A stretch of 64,000 nt of DNA from Escherichia coli (GCF_003991155.1 NZ_CP031293.1); one strand, 5' to 3'; numbered from the stretch's first letter, positions 25,913-37,883 are shown. A program made the numbers and translations. Notes: generated from the letters alone by a model not told the origin.

Positions 25913-26376
25913 TTGGCACCGTGTTTCTGGGTAAACAAACGAAAAGCGTCGAGCGTCTCTTCACTAACATGGTGCTCCATGCCTTCCGCGTCGCGACGGG
26001 CGATTTCCGGACTGACGCCCAACACCAACAAGAAATTTTCGACTATCTGATGTCGCTCGCGGCTTTCCTGCGCCAGCTTCTCTCCTTCTGCCGTTAAAAA
26101 CACGCCACGCCAGGGGATCATTTCAATCAGCCCCATGGTTGCCAGTCGCTTAAGCATTTTAGCCACCGTCGGTTGCGAAACTCCCAAACGAGCAGCCATG
26201 TCTACCTGACGAGCTTCCCCCACTTCCCTGATCAAGTCAGAAATCAGCTCAACGTAATCATCAATAAGCTCGCGCCGATGCGCCTCTCTGACCTGGCGGA
26301 ACCCTTCAACGTGCTCTTCCACGTTCACTAACTGCGTCACTTTTTTTGCTGTTGGCGTACCTGCGCGACGACTCAT
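25909..26376 (-). CDS. mntR: Manganese-responsive transcriptional regulator MntR (DtxR family)
   Basis: 155-aa ORF; DtxR-type HTH and metal-binding region. Confidence 0.9.
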
Positions 26377-26477
26377 TGTGCTTCCTCATTATGGTGACGC
26401 ATACCTAGCGTTCTCATTTCGTGCGCACATTGTAAACCAGAGTTGCGAAGGTACAAAAAATTAACGTTTTAGCAATA

Positions 26478-26492
26478 GCTATATAATATAGC
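26478..26492. promoter_or_regulatory. 15-bp palindrome gctatataatatagc containing a TATAAT hexamer; candidate MntR operator / mntS promoter
   Basis: Read directly, about 70 bp upstream of the mntS ATG in the mntR-mntS divergent region. Assignment to MntR is inference. Confidence 0.4.
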
Positions 26493-26561
26493 CTGTGCTA
26501 TATCTGTATGTAATGCAATCATCCCTCAAGGATCGACGGGATTAGCAAGTCAGGAGGTCTT

Positions 26562-26690
26562 ATGAATGAGTTCAAGAGGTGTATGCGCGTGTTTAGTCAT
26601 TCTCCCTTTAAAGTACGGTTAATGCTGCTCTCTATGTTGTGCGATATGGTCAACAACAAACCGCAGCAAGATAAACCTTCCGATAAATAG
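26562..26690 (+). CDS. mntS: Small protein MntS (42 aa; manganese homeostasis)
   Basis: Not in the ORF track (under 60 aa). Translation MNEFKRCMRVFSHSPFKVRLMLLSMLCDMVNNKPQQDKPSDK matches MntS as I recall it; SD caggagg precedes the ATG. Confidence 0.85.
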   Translation: MNEFKRCMRVFSHSPFKVRLMLLSMLCDMVNNKPQQDKPSDK

Positions 26691-26961
26691 CGGCGTCGCG
26701 GTACGCCGCTTCACTCCTGCTTTTATGCAGGCACAACGCGTTTTGGTCTGAAAAACCCCACTTTTTGTCGGATTTGCAATCCCCTTCGCAAAAGATTTGT
26801 TCGTCAGTAGTTGACCTGAACGGCGGCTCGCTCTATCTTCTTGCAGCCCTGCGTATATTGCGGCTCGCGGATGCGGACCCCTTTCCCCTCTCCACGCACT
26901 CTTGCAGGTATTGACCCTTGACGCCAGGGTAAGCACATGGCGTTTGTTACGATAGTGGCAT

Positions 26962-28545
26962 ATGAATTTAACCCTCAAAGAATCGCTTGTTACCCGTAGC
27001 CGGGTATTTAGCCCGTGGACTGCGTTCTACTTTTTACAGTCGCTATTAATTAACCTCGGCTTAGGTTATCCCTTCAGTTTGCTCTACACCGCTGCGTTTA
27101 CGGCTATTTTGCTTTTGCTATGGCGAACATTGCCTCGCGTACAAAAAGTTCTGGTCGGTGTCAGTTCGCTGGTGGCGGCTTGTTATTTCCCTTTTGCTCA
27201 GGCCTACGGCGCGCCTAATTTCAATACATTGCTGGCATTGCACTCCACCAATATGGAAGAGTCGACCGAAATCCTGACGATTTTTCCGTGGTACAGCTAC
27301 CTGGTCGGCTTATTTATTTTTGCGCTCGGCGTAATAGCAATCAGGCGAAAAAAAGAGAATGAAAAAGCGCGCTGGAATACCTTCGACAGCCTGTGTCTGG
27401 TATTCAGTGTGGCGACATTTTTTGTTGCTCCCGTGCAAAACCTGGCCTGGGGCGGCGTATTTAAACTGAAAGATACTGGCTATCCGGTATTTCGTTTTGC
27501 TAAGGATGTCATCGTCAATAATAACGAGGTGATTGAAGAGCAAGAACGGATGGCAAAACTTTCCGGAATGAAAGATACCTGGACGGTCACTGCCGTTAAG
27601 CCGAAGTATCAGACCTATGTGGTGGTGATCGGTGAAAGCGCGCGTCGCGATGCCCTCGGTGCCTTTGGCGGTCACTGGGACAATACCCCGTTTGCCAGCA
27701 GCGTTAACGGTTTGATATTTGCTGACTACATTGCCGCCAGTGGCTCCACGCAGAAATCGCTTGGCTTAACGCTCAATCGCGTTGTCGATGGCAAACCACA
27801 GTTTCAGGATAACTTTGTCACCCTGGCAAATCGCGCGGGCTTCCAGACCTGGTGGTTTTCCAACCAGGGCCAAATCGGCGAATACGATACCGCCATCGCC
27901 AGCATCGCCAAACGTGCAGATGAAGTGTACTTCCTGAAAGAAGGTAATTTTGAAGCAGATAAAAACACGAAAGACGAAGCGTTACTGGATATGACCGCTC
28001 AAGTGCTGGCGCAAGAGCACTCGCAACCGCAGCTGATTGTTCTACATCTGATGGGCTCGCATCCGCAGGCCTGCGACAGGACACAAGGCAAATACGAAAC
28101 CTTTGTGCAATCAAAAGAAACGTCGTGCTATCTCTATACCATGACGCAAACGGACGATTTACTGCGCAAACTGTACGATCAGTTACGCAACAGCGGCAGC
28201 AGCTTCTCGCTGGTTTACTTTTCTGACCACGGTCTGGCCTTTAAAGAGCGCGGTAAAGACGTGCAATACCTTGCCCATGATGATAAGTATCAGCAAAATT
28301 TCCAGGTGCCTTTTATGGTCATTTCCAGCGACGATAAAGCGCATCGGGTGATTAAAGCCCGCCGCTCAGCCAATGACTTCTTAGGTTTTTTCTCCCAGTG
28401 GACGGGAATTAAAGCGAAGGAAATTAACATCAAATACCCGTTTATATCTGAGAAGAAAGCCGGGCCGATATACATCACCAACTTCCAGTTACAGAAGGTA
28501 GATTACAACCATCTCGGAACCGATATTTTCGACCCGAAACCTTAA
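26962..28545 (+). CDS. opgE: Phosphoethanolamine transferase OpgE (YbiP)
   Basis: 527-aa ORF with N-terminal TM helices and a sulfatase-like domain. Confidence 0.88.
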   Translation: MNLTLKESLVTRSRVFSPWTAFYFLQSLLINLGLGYPFSLLYTAAFTAILLLLWRTLPRVQKVLVGVSSLVAACYFPFAQAYGAPNFNTLLALHSTNMEESTEILTIFPWYSYLVGLFIFALGVIAIRRKKENEKARWNTFDSLCLVFSVATFFVAPVQNLAWGGVFKLKDTGYPVFRFAKDVIVNNNEVIEEQERMAKLSGMKDTWTVTAVKPKYQTYVVVIGESARRDALGAFGGHWDNTPFASSVNGLIFADYIAASGSTQKSLGLTLNRVVDGKPQFQDNFVTLANRAGFQTWWFSNQGQIGEYDTAIASIAKRADEVYFLKEGNFEADKNTKDEALLDMTAQVLAQEHSQPQLIVLHLMGSHPQACDRTQGKYETFVQSKETSCYLYTMTQTDDLLRKLYDQLRNSGSSFSLVYFSDHGLAFKERGKDVQYLAHDDKYQQNFQVPFMVISSDDKAHRVIKARRSANDFLGFFSQWTGIKAKEINIKYPFISEKKAGPIYITNFQLQKVDYNHLGTDIFDPKP

Positions 28546-28549
28546 AAAC

Positions 28550-28579
28550 AAAAATCCGCCCCGAGAGGCGGATTTTTTA
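28550..28579. terminator. Bidirectional rho-independent terminator between convergent opgE and ompX
   Basis: aaaaacaaaa-atccgcc-ccgaga-ggcggat-ttttttat: hairpin flanked by an A-run and a T-run. Confidence 0.75.
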
Positions 28580-28593
28580 TATCACCGAAGTGA

Positions 28594-29109
28594 TTAGAAG
28601 CGGTAACCAACACCGGCAATCCAGGTGCCTACGTCAACGCTACGAATACGGCTCTGCTCGTAAGAGAAGTCCAGAGCAACGTTTTCCATCGGGTTGAACT
28701 GCAGACCAGCACCGTAGGAGAAACCGTAGTCGCTGGTGTCGTGTTTGTAGGTCGGGTATTCAGTGGTCTGGAATTTACCATAACCCACACCCACTACACC
28801 GTAGATGCTTGCCCAGTCGTTAATGCGGTAAGCCGGACCAGCAGTGATGCCGTAGTACTGGTTTTTGTTGTAGTCACCAGAGCTTGCAGTACGGCTTTTC
28901 TCGGTGTAAGTGAAAGAACCGATCACACCCAGCGGGCTGTTGTCTTCTTCATAGCGGTATTTCAGGTTGAAACCGCCCATTTTGTTCATTTGGCCCTGAG
29001 CGTCGCTCTGTGCGTAACCGCCAGTTACAGTAGAAGTCGCAGCTACGGAAGTACCTGCGGTGAAAGCCAGAACTGCGGCCAGTGCTGAAAGACATGCAAT
29101 TTTTTTCAT
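28594..29109 (-). CDS. ompX: Outer membrane protein OmpX (8-strand beta-barrel), start at MKKIACLS
   Basis: Recognised OmpX sequence ending ...GVGYRF. Confidence 0.92.
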   Translation of the reverse strand: MKKIACLSALAAVLAFTAGTSVAATSTVTGGYAQSDAQGQMNKMGGFNLKYRYEEDNSPLGVIGSFTYTEKSRTASSGDYNKNQYYGITAGPAYRINDWASIYGVVGVGYGKFQTTEYPTYKHDTSDYGFSYGAGLQFNPMENVALDFSYEQSRIRSVDVGTWIAGVGYRF

Positions 29110-29461
29110 AACCACCTCAAATGTGATTCAAATAAGTCCTAAGTTTTAAATATATCAAAAATTAATGGGAAACTCTTCGCGATTTATGATGTCTAACGGG
29201 CCATTTCATGTAACAGAACGTTTCCATACACCGCTATCCATCTAAATTTAAATCACTTTTTCAGAGAACTGCGTAAGTATTACGCATGTTTTCCCTGTCA
29301 TTCATCCAGATTATTCCTAATCACCAGACTAATGATTCCATCAATCCTGGCGCATTTTAGTCAAAACGGGGGAAAATTTTTTCAACAAATGCTCAACCAG
29401 CATTGGGTATATCCAGTACACTCCACGCTTTACTTAGGTTTAGATATTTGTGGGAGAAAGG

Positions 29462-30349
29462 ATGCCTGGTTCATTACGTAAAATGCCGGTCTGGTTACCA
29501 ATAGTCATATTGCTCGTTGCCATGGCGTCTATTCAGAGTGGAGCCTCGTTAGCTAAGTCACTTTTTCCTCTGGTGGGCGCACCGGGGGTCACTGCGCTGC
29601 GTCTGGCATTAGGCACGCTGATCCTCATCGCGTTCTTTAAGCCATGGCGACTGCGCTTTGCCAAAGAGCAGCGGTTACCGCTGTTGTTTTACGGCGTTTC
29701 GCTGGGGGGGATGAATTATCTTTTTTATCTTTCTATTCAGACGGTACCGCTGGGTATTGCGGTGGCGCTGGAGTTCACCGGACCACTGGCGGTGGCGCTG
29801 TTCTCTTCTCGTCGCCCGGTAGATTTCGTCTGGGTTGTTCTGGCGGTTCTTGGTCTGTGGTTCCTGCTACCGCTGGGGCAAGACGTTTCCCATGTCGATT
29901 TAACCGGCTGTGCGCTGGCTCTGGGGGCCGGGGCTTGTTGGGCTATTTACATTTTAAGTGGGCAACGCGCAGGAGCGGAACATGGCCCTGCGACGGTGGC
30001 AATTGGTTCGTTGATTGCAGCGTTAATTTTCGTGCCAATTGGAGCGCTTCAGGCTGGTGAAGCACTCTGGCACTGGTCGGTTATTCCATTGGGTCTGGCG
30101 GTCGCTATTCTCTCGACCGCTCTGCCTTATTCGCTGGAAATGATTGCCCTCACCCGTTTGCCAACACGCACATTTGGTACGCTAATGAGCATGGAACCTG
30201 CGCTGGCTGCCGTTTCCGGGATGATTTTCCTCGGAGAAACACTGACACCCATACAGCTGCTGGCGCTCGGCGCTATCATCGCCGCTTCAATGGGTTCTAC
30301 GCTGACAGTACGCAAAGAGAGCAAAATAAAAGAATTAGACATAAATTAA
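29462..30349 (+). CDS. rhtA: Threonine/homoserine exporter RhtA (DMT superfamily), start at MPGSLRK
   Basis: 295-aa polytopic membrane protein; synteny with ompX and dps. Confidence 0.88.
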   Translation: MPGSLRKMPVWLPIVILLVAMASIQSGASLAKSLFPLVGAPGVTALRLALGTLILIAFFKPWRLRFAKEQRLPLLFYGVSLGGMNYLFYLSIQTVPLGIAVALEFTGPLAVALFSSRRPVDFVWVVLAVLGLWFLLPLGQDVSHVDLTGCALALGAGACWAIYILSGQRAGAEHGPATVAIGSLIAALIFVPIGALQAGEALWHWSVIPLGLAVAILSTALPYSLEMIALTRLPTRTFGTLMSMEPALAAVSGMIFLGETLTPIQLLALGAIIAASMGSTLTVRKESKIKELDIN

Positions 30350-30359
30350 ATTTACATTA

Positions 30360-30385
30360 CTGCATGGTTATGCATAACCATGCAG
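30360..30385. terminator. 26-bp perfect palindrome ctgcatggttatgcataaccatgcag followed by atttt; likely rhtA terminator
   Basis: Read directly, 11 bp after the rhtA stop; the arms are exact reverse complements. Confidence 0.5.
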
Positions 30386-30474
30386 ATTTTCTCGCTACTT
30401 TTCCTCTACACCGTCTTTATATATCGAATTATGCAAAAGCATATTTATTCCGAAAATTCCTGGCGAGCAAATAA

Positions 30475-31152
<678 letters not shown>

Positions 31153-31190
31153 ATCCATCGCTGATGGTGCAGAACTTTAGTACACGATAA

Positions 31191-31225
31191 AAGCGGCTTC
31201 CTGACAGGAGGCCGTTTTGTTTTGT
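31191..31225 (+). terminator. dps rho-independent terminator candidate
   Basis: Imperfect hairpin cggcttcctg-ac-aggaggccg followed by ttttgtttt. Confidence 0.6.
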
Positions 31226-31383
31226 AGCCCGCCTCAACGCACTTATTTAGTGCATCCATCTGCTATCACCAGCTGGTTAAGTAAATTTTTTGTATCCACA
31301 TCATCACACAATCGTTACATAAAGATTGTTTTTTCATCAGGTTTTACGCTAAATAATCACTGTGTTGAGTGCACAATTTTAGC

Positions 31384-31412
31384 GCACCAGTTTGGTGCCC
31401 CAGAATGGTGCA
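31384..31412. promoter_or_regulatory. Tandem NtrC (NRI) enhancer-like sites upstream of glnH
   Basis: GCACCAgtttGGTGC and overlapping TGCCCCagaaTGGTGCA resemble the NtrC consensus TGCACCA-N3-TGGTGCA. Confidence 0.5.
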
Positions 31413-31485
31413 TCTTCAGGGTATTGCCCTATAAATCGTGCATCACGTTTTTGCCGCATCTCGAAAAATCAATGAGTTGCAAAAC

Positions 31486-31502
31486 TGGCACGATTTTTTC
31501 AT
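31486..31502 (+). promoter_or_regulatory. Sigma-54 promoter candidate (glnHp2): TGGCAC-N5-TTTCA
   Basis: -24 TGGCAC element with a -12-like element 5 bp downstream, about 55 bp upstream of the glnH ATG. Confidence 0.5.
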
Positions 31503-31540
31503 ATATGTGAATGTCACGCAGGGGATCGTCCCGTGGATAG

Positions 31541-32302
<762 letters not shown>

Positions 32303-32334
32303 TAACGCTACGCCTGTAAGGCGCACTGGCAGTT

Positions 32335-32380
32335 CCCTCTCCCCTCTGGGGAGAGGATTAGGGTGAGGGGCGCAAACCCG
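32335..32380. repeat. Structured GC-rich intergenic element between glnH and glnP (hairpin ctctcccctctggggagag plus gggtgaggggcg)
   Basis: Inverted repeat read directly; resembles recurring E. coli intergenic repeat motifs, but the class is not assigned. Confidence 0.4.
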
Positions 32381-32440
32381 CTCCGGGGCCATTAATTACC
32401 CTGAATTTGATTATTTACACCACGGTAACAGGAACAACAT

Positions 32441-33100
32441 ATGCAGTTTGACTGGAGTGCCATCTGGCCTGCCATTCCGCTTCTGATTGAAGGTGCCAAA
32501 ATGACCCTGTGGATCTCGGTCCTCGGTCTGGCTGGCGGCCTGGTGATCGGATTGCTGGCAGGTTTTGCACGCACCTTCGGTGGTTGGATAGCCAACCACG
32601 TCGCGCTGGTCTTTATTGAAGTGATCCGCGGCACACCTATCGTCGTCCAGGTGATGTTTATCTATTTCGCCCTGCCGATGGCGTTTAACGACTTACGCAT
32701 CGACCCGTTTACTGCGGCGGTGGTCACCATCATGATCAACTCCGGCGCGTACATTGCGGAAATCACGCGTGGTGCGGTGCTGTCTATTCACAAAGGTTTT
32801 CGTGAAGCAGGACTGGCGCTCGGTCTTTCACGTTGGGAAACCATTCGCTACGTCATTTTACCGCTGGCACTGCGTCGTATGCTGCCACCGCTGGGTAACC
32901 AGTGGATCATCAGCATTAAAGACACCTCGCTGTTTATTGTTATCGGCGTGGCGGAACTGACCCGTCAGGGGCAAGAAATTATTGCCGGTAACTTCCGCGC
33001 CCTTGAGATCTGGAGCGCCGTGGCGGTGTTCTATCTGATTATTACCCTGGTGCTGAGCTTTATTCTGCGTCGTCTGGAAAGAAGGATGAAAATCCTGTGA
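32441..33100 (+). CDS. glnP: Glutamine ABC transporter permease GlnP
   Basis: 219-aa ORF; polar amino-acid ABC permease. Confidence 0.93.
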
Positions 33101-33819
33101 TTGAATTTAAAAACGTCTCCAAGCATTTTGGTCCAACCCAGGTGCTGCACAATATCGATTTGAACATTGCTCAGGGCGAAGTCGTGGTGATTATCGGGCC
33201 GTCCGGTTCCGGTAAATCGACCCTGCTGCGCTGCATCAACAAACTGGAAGAAATCACTTCCGGCGATCTGATTGTCGATGGCCTGAAGGTTAACGATCCG
33301 AAAGTTGACGAGCGCCTGATTCGCCAGGAAGCAGGTATGGTGTTCCAGCAGTTTTACCTCTTCCCGCATCTGACGGCGCTGGAAAACGTCATGTTTGGTC
33401 CGCTACGCGTGCGTGGCGCGAACAAAGAAGAGGCGGAAAAACTGGCGCGTGAGCTGCTGGCGAAAGTCGGTCTGGCAGAACGTGCACATCACTACCCTTC
33501 CGAACTTTCTGGTGGTCAACAGCAGCGTGTGGCGATCGCACGCGCGCTGGCGGTGAAGCCGAAAATGATGCTGTTTGATGAACCGACTTCCGCTCTTGAC
33601 CCGGAACTGCGCCATGAAGTGCTGAAGGTTATGCAGGATCTGGCTGAAGAAGGGATGACGATGGTGATCGTGACACACGAAATCGGTTTTGCCGAGAAAG
33701 TAGCTTCGCGCCTGATCTTTATCGACAAAGGCCGGATTGCGGAAGATGGCGATCCGCAGGTGTTGATCAAGAACCCACCGAGCCAGCGCTTGCAGGAATT
33801 TTTGCAGCACGTCTCTTAA
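33097..33819 (+). CDS. glnQ: Glutamine ABC transporter ATP-binding protein GlnQ
   Basis: 240-aa ORF with Walker [10 protein letters not shown]; overlaps the glnP stop. Confidence 0.93.
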
Positions 33820-33827
33820 CTTCTCAG

Positions 33828-33850
33828 CCTCCCTTTCCCCGAAAGGGAGG
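33828..33850 (+). terminator. Hairpin after glnQ (cctcccttt-ccccg-aaagggagg), weak U-tract
   Basis: Read directly. Confidence 0.35.
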
Positions 33851-33934
33851 CACACCAGATTCCTCTCATTTAAAATCGCTCCTCCCCCAGCATCTATACT
33901 TATCTTTTTGCTCTGTTTTCTCACTGGAGGAGTC

Positions 33935-36160
33935 ATGCGGTGGATCCTGTTCATCCTCTTCTGCCTGCTGGGCGCACCTGCCCACGCGGTATCCATACCC
34001 GGCGTTACAACCACAACGACAACGGACTCAACGACTGAACCGGCCCCGGAACCGGATATCGAACAAAAAAAAGCGGCCTATGGCGCACTGGCGGATGTGC
34101 TGGATAATGACACCTCGCGTAAAGAGTTGATCGACCAGTTGCGCACCGTCGCCGCGACGCCCCCGGCAGAACCCGTACCGAAGATCGTGCCGCCGACGCT
34201 GGTTGAAGAGCAAACCGTGCTGCAAAAGGTCACCGAAGTCAGCCGCCATTATGGTGAAGCCCTTTCCGCCCGCTTCGGGCAACTTTATCGCAATATCACC
34301 GGCTCCCCGCATAAGCCGTTTAATCCACAAACCTTCAGCAATGCGTTGACCCATTTTTCAATGTTAGCGGTATTAGTGTTTGGTTTTTACTGGCTGATTC
34401 GCCTGTGCGCACTTCCGCTGTATCGCAAAATGGGCCAGTGGGCGCGGCAAAAAAATCGTGAGCGCAATAACTGGTTGCAGCTTCCGGCGATGATTATCGG
34501 GGCGTTTATTATCGACCTTCTGTTACTGGCACTGACATTATTTGTCGGTCAGGTTTTAAGCGACAACCTGAATGCGGGCAGTCGCACCATCGCTTTCCAA
34601 CAAAGTTTGTTTCTCAACGCCTTTGCCCTGATTGAATTTTTCAAAGCCGTACTACGCCTGATTTTTTGCCCAAACGTGGCGGAACTGCGCCCGTTCACGA
34701 TTCATGACGAGACCGCCCGTTACTGGAGTCGTCGCCTGAGCTGGTTAAGCAGCCTGATTGGCTATGGTCTGATTGTGGCTGTGCCGATTATCTCTAATCA
34801 GGTGAATGTACAGATAGGTGCGCTGGCGAACGTCATCATTATGCTGTGCATGACGGTCTGGGCGCTGTACCTGATCTTTCGTAATAAAAAAGAGATTACC
34901 CAGCATTTGCTCAACTTCGCGGAGCATTCGCTGGCCTTTTTCAGCCTGTTTATCCGCGCCTTTGCGCTGGTGTGGCACTGGCTGGCAAGCGCCTATTTTA
35001 TCGTGCTGTTTTTCTTTTCGTTGTTCGATCCGGGCAACAGCCTGAAATTTATGATGGGTGCAACGGTGCGCAGCCTGGCGATTATTGGTATCGCAGCATT
35101 TGTTTCCGGTATGTTTTCCCGCTGGCTGGCGAAAACCATCACCCTCTCGCCACATACTCAGCGTAACTATCCCGAGCTGCAAAAACGGCTGAATGGATGG
35201 CTTTCGGCGGCACTGAAAACAGCGCGTATTCTGACAGTCTGCGTGGCGGTAATGCTGCTGTTGAGCGCATGGGGATTGTTCGATTTCTGGAACTGGCTGC
35301 AAAACGGCGCGGGGCAGAAAACCGTAGATATCCTGATCCGTATCGCACTCATTCTTTTCTTCTCGGCGGTTGGCTGGACAGTGCTCGCCAGTTTGATCGA
35401 AAACCGGCTGGCTTCGGATATTCATGGCCGCCCGCTACCCAGCGCCCGTACGCGTACCCTGCTGACGCTGTTTCGTAACGCGCTGGCGGTGATTATCAGT
35501 ACCATCACCATCATGATTGTGTTGTCGGAAATCGGCGTTAATATCGCGCCATTGCTGGCAGGTGCCGGGGCATTAGGTCTGGCTATCTCGTTTGGTTCGC
35601 AAACGCTGGTGAAAGATATTATCACCGGGGTATTTATTCAGTTTGAAAACGGCATGAACACTGGAGATTTGGTGACTATCGGGCCGTTGACCGGCACTGT
35701 GGAACGGATGTCGATTCGCTCCGTGGGCGTGCGTCAGGATACCGGGGCGTATCACATCATTCCGTGGTCTTCGATAACTACCTTTGCTAACTTCGTCCGC
35801 GGCATTGGTTCGGTGGTGGCAAATTACGATGTTGATCGCCATGAAGATGCTGATAAAGCCAATCAGGCACTGAAAGATGCGGTAGCGGAATTAATGGAAA
35901 ACGAAGAAATTCGCGGGCTGATTATTGGTGAACCGAATTTTGCCGGGATTGTCGGCTTAAGCAATACCGCGTTTACACTGCGTGTTTCGTTCACCACGCT
36001 GCCACTCAAACAGTGGACGGTCCGCTTTGCCCTCGACAGCCAGGTGAAAAAACATTTCGACCTGGCGGGCGTTCGCGCGCCAGTGCAGACTTATCAGGTG
36101 CTGCCTGCTCCGGGCGCGACCCCGGCTGAACCGTTGCCGCCGGGGGAACCAACGCTTTAA
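33935..36160 (+). CDS. ybiO: Mechanosensitive channel YbiO (MscS family), start at MRWILFIL
   Basis: About 741 aa with signal-like N-terminus, multiple TM helices and an MscS-like C-terminal domain. Confidence 0.88.
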   Translation: MRWILFILFCLLGAPAHAVSIPGVTTTTTTDSTTEPAPEPDIEQKKAAYGALADVLDNDTSRKELIDQLRTVAATPPAEPVPKIVPPTLVEEQTVLQKVTEVSRHYGEALSARFGQLYRNITGSPHKPFNPQTFSNALTHFSMLAVLVFGFYWLIRLCALPLYRKMGQWARQKNRERNNWLQLPAMIIGAFIIDLLLLALTLFVGQVLSDNLNAGSRTIAFQQSLFLNAFALIEFFKAVLRLIFCPNVAELRPFTIHDETARYWSRRLSWLSSLIGYGLIVAVPIISNQVNVQIGALANVIIMLCMTVWALYLIFRNKKEITQHLLNFAEHSLAFFSLFIRAFALVWHWLASAYFIVLFFFSLFDPGNSLKFMMGATVRSLAIIGIAAFVSGMFSRWLAKTITLSPHTQRNYPELQKRLNGWLSAALKTARILTVCVAVMLLLSAWGLFDFWNWLQNGAGQKTVDILIRIALILFFSAVGWTVLASLIENRLASDIHGRPLPSARTRTLLTLFRNALAVIISTITIMIVLSEIGVNIAPLLAGAGALGLAISFGSQTLVKDIITGVFIQFENGMNTGDLVTIGPLTGTVERMSIRSVGVRQDTGAYHIIPWSSITTFANFVRGIGSVVANYDVDRHEDADKANQALKDAVAELMENEEIRGLIIGEPNFAGIVGLSNTAFTLRVSFTTLPLKQWTVRFALDSQVKKHFDLAGVRAPVQTYQVLPAPGATPAEPLPPGEPTL

Positions 36161-37083
36161 CGCTGGCGATTGACAAAACGGCGGCGCTGCTCGTCGTTCA
36201 TAAAGGTCCAGGCTATAAAGCGGCTCTGCTTTTGCCCCTGGGCCATCTCTTTTTTGACCACTTTCACCGCGCCCACGTCCGTCAGAGCACGATACAACGG
36301 CGGTAAGTTTTCGCCACGAGATACCAGCGAGGTAAACCACATCACCTGCTTCGCGAAGCCTTTGCTCTCTTCAATCATCTTTTTAATAAAAGCGACTTCA
36401 CCGCCTTCACACCACAACTCCTGTTGCTGACCACCAAAATTCAGTGCATCGTCTTTGTTTAGCCCCAGGTTACGGCGTTTACGTTCACTACCTGCCCGTG
36501 CCGCAGCGGCGGAATCGTGGAATGGCGGGTTACACAAGGTCGCGTCGTATTGCTCGTTTTTATGGATGATGCCGTTAAAAATCGCCCCACTCTCTTTTTG
36601 CCGACGCAGACGAATGGCGCGGTTAAGCCCCGGATTAGCACTGATGATCGCCTGCGCACTGCTTAACGCCTGGCTGCTGGTTTCACTACCAGTAAAACGC
36701 CAGCCATATTCATGTACGCCAATCAGCGGATAAATACAGTTCGCACCAACGCCGATATCCAGAATGCTGGCATTAGCTGGAATTGATCCTGTTGCTTCTG
36801 CCAGTAAATCGGCAAGGTGATGAATATAATCCGCCCGGCCCGGTACTGGTGGGCAGAGAAAACCGTCGGGGATATCCCAGTTCGCTACGGCGTAAAAATG
36901 GGCCAGCAACGCCTTATTGAGCGCCTTCACCGCCAGCGGATTGGCAAAGTCTACGCTTTGCTCCCCGGCGGGTGTAAGCGTGAGGAATTGCCTGAGTTCA
37001 GGATTGACCTGACAAAGTGTGGCGAGATCGTAGCTGCTGTGATGACGGTTGCGCGGATGCAACCCCGGTTTCTGGGCGGACAT
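36157..37083 (-). CDS. rlmF: 23S rRNA m6A1618 methyltransferase RlmF (start at [12 protein letters not shown])
   Basis: SAM-dependent methyltransferase; its 3' end overlaps the convergent ybiO stop by 4 nt. Confidence 0.88.
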   Translation of the reverse strand: MSAQKPGLHPRNRHHSSYDLATLCQVNPELRQFLTLTPAGEQSVDFANPLAVKALNKALLAHFYAVANWDIPDGFLCPPVPGRADYIHHLADLLAEATGSIPANASILDIGVGANCIYPLIGVHEYGWRFTGSETSSQALSSAQAIISANPGLNRAIRLRRQKESGAIFNGIIHKNEQYDATLCNPPFHDSAAAARAGSERKRRNLGLNKDDALNFGGQQQELWCEGGEVAFIKKMIEESKGFAKQVMWFTSLVSRGENLPPLYRALTDVGAVKVVKKEMAQGQKQSRFIAWTFMNDEQRRRFVNRQR

Positions 37084-37358
37084 AGCATTCTCCTTTAAGC
37101 AGCGGCGTAAGATACCCGCATAACGCGACAGGGTAAATATCTGGCTGCGTTTATCATTTCTAAAAACCTTCACATGGCTATGGTTTATGGCAATTCACCA
37201 TAAAAATCATCATCATGCATGTCATTGATTTGTCTTATTTTGTAAAAATATATCGTTCAAAAAATAAGCGCATCTCTGTCAATTTTTTGCGTCATTTTCA
37301 TCGCCCAGGCGACCTACACTTATCAGGCACTACCCGTTGTATTTATGAGGATGTCATT

Positions 37359-37619
37359 ATGAAAAAGTGCCTCACACTACTGATTGCCACCGTCCTGAGC
37401 GGAATCTCTCTCACGGCTTATGCCGCGCAACCGATGAGTAACCTGGACAGCGGTCAGCTACGGCCCGCCGGTACCGTTTCGGCAACTGGCGCATCAAACC
37501 TAAGCGATCTGGAGGATAAACTGGCAGAAAAAGCGCGCGAACAAGGCGCGAAAGGTTATGTCATTAATTCCGCAGGCGGAAATGACCAGATGTTCGGTAC
37601 TGCAATCATCTACAAATAA
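37359..37619 (+). CDS. mcbA: YdgH/BhsA/McbA-family (DUF1471) periplasmic protein McbA (YbiM), 86 aa
   Basis: Signal peptide plus the DUF1471 C-terminal motif (GAKGYVINSA...GTAIIYK). Confidence 0.85.
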   Translation: MKKCLTLLIATVLSGISLTAYAAQPMSNLDSGQLRPAGTVSATGASNLSDLEDKLAEKAREQGAKGYVINSAGGNDQMFGTAIIYK

Positions 37620-37753
37620 CCCCACCAACGTAACTGCATTCGCCTCTGGATGCAGTTTTCGTCCGATTTGTAAGCAAAAAACATCAAATATGAACGCAAT
37701 GTAAATAAATGTATTTCTTTTTCGCGCAATGGGTGATAGAAAAACGCGCCAAG

Positions 37754-37780
37754 TGATAATGCTTATCAAAATTATTATCA
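37754..37780. promoter_or_regulatory. Fur box candidate upstream of fiu
   Basis: gataatgcttatcaaaattattatcac resembles the Fur consensus GATAATGATAATCATTATC; about 100 bp upstream of the fiu start. Confidence 0.55.
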
Positions 37781-37883
37781 CTTGCACGAACGCTATCACG
37801 AGATTAACAGTGGCATCGCATCCGCAGAGATGCTTTCTCGTGGCAGTGAAAATTTCAACATATAAGAAAAAGTCACCTGCAAA

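Noticed and set aside
26619-26978. 119-aa minus-strand ORF in the mntS-opgE region
   Set aside because: It is antisense to the recognisable mntS small ORF and overlaps the opgE start; low-complexity translation with no SD. Judged spurious.
34745-35425. 226-aa minus-strand ORF inside ybiO, and similar long antisense ORFs inside rhlE, ybhF, fiu and dinG
   Set aside because: Antisense shadow ORFs within well-supported genes; GC-rich coding regions commonly produce these.
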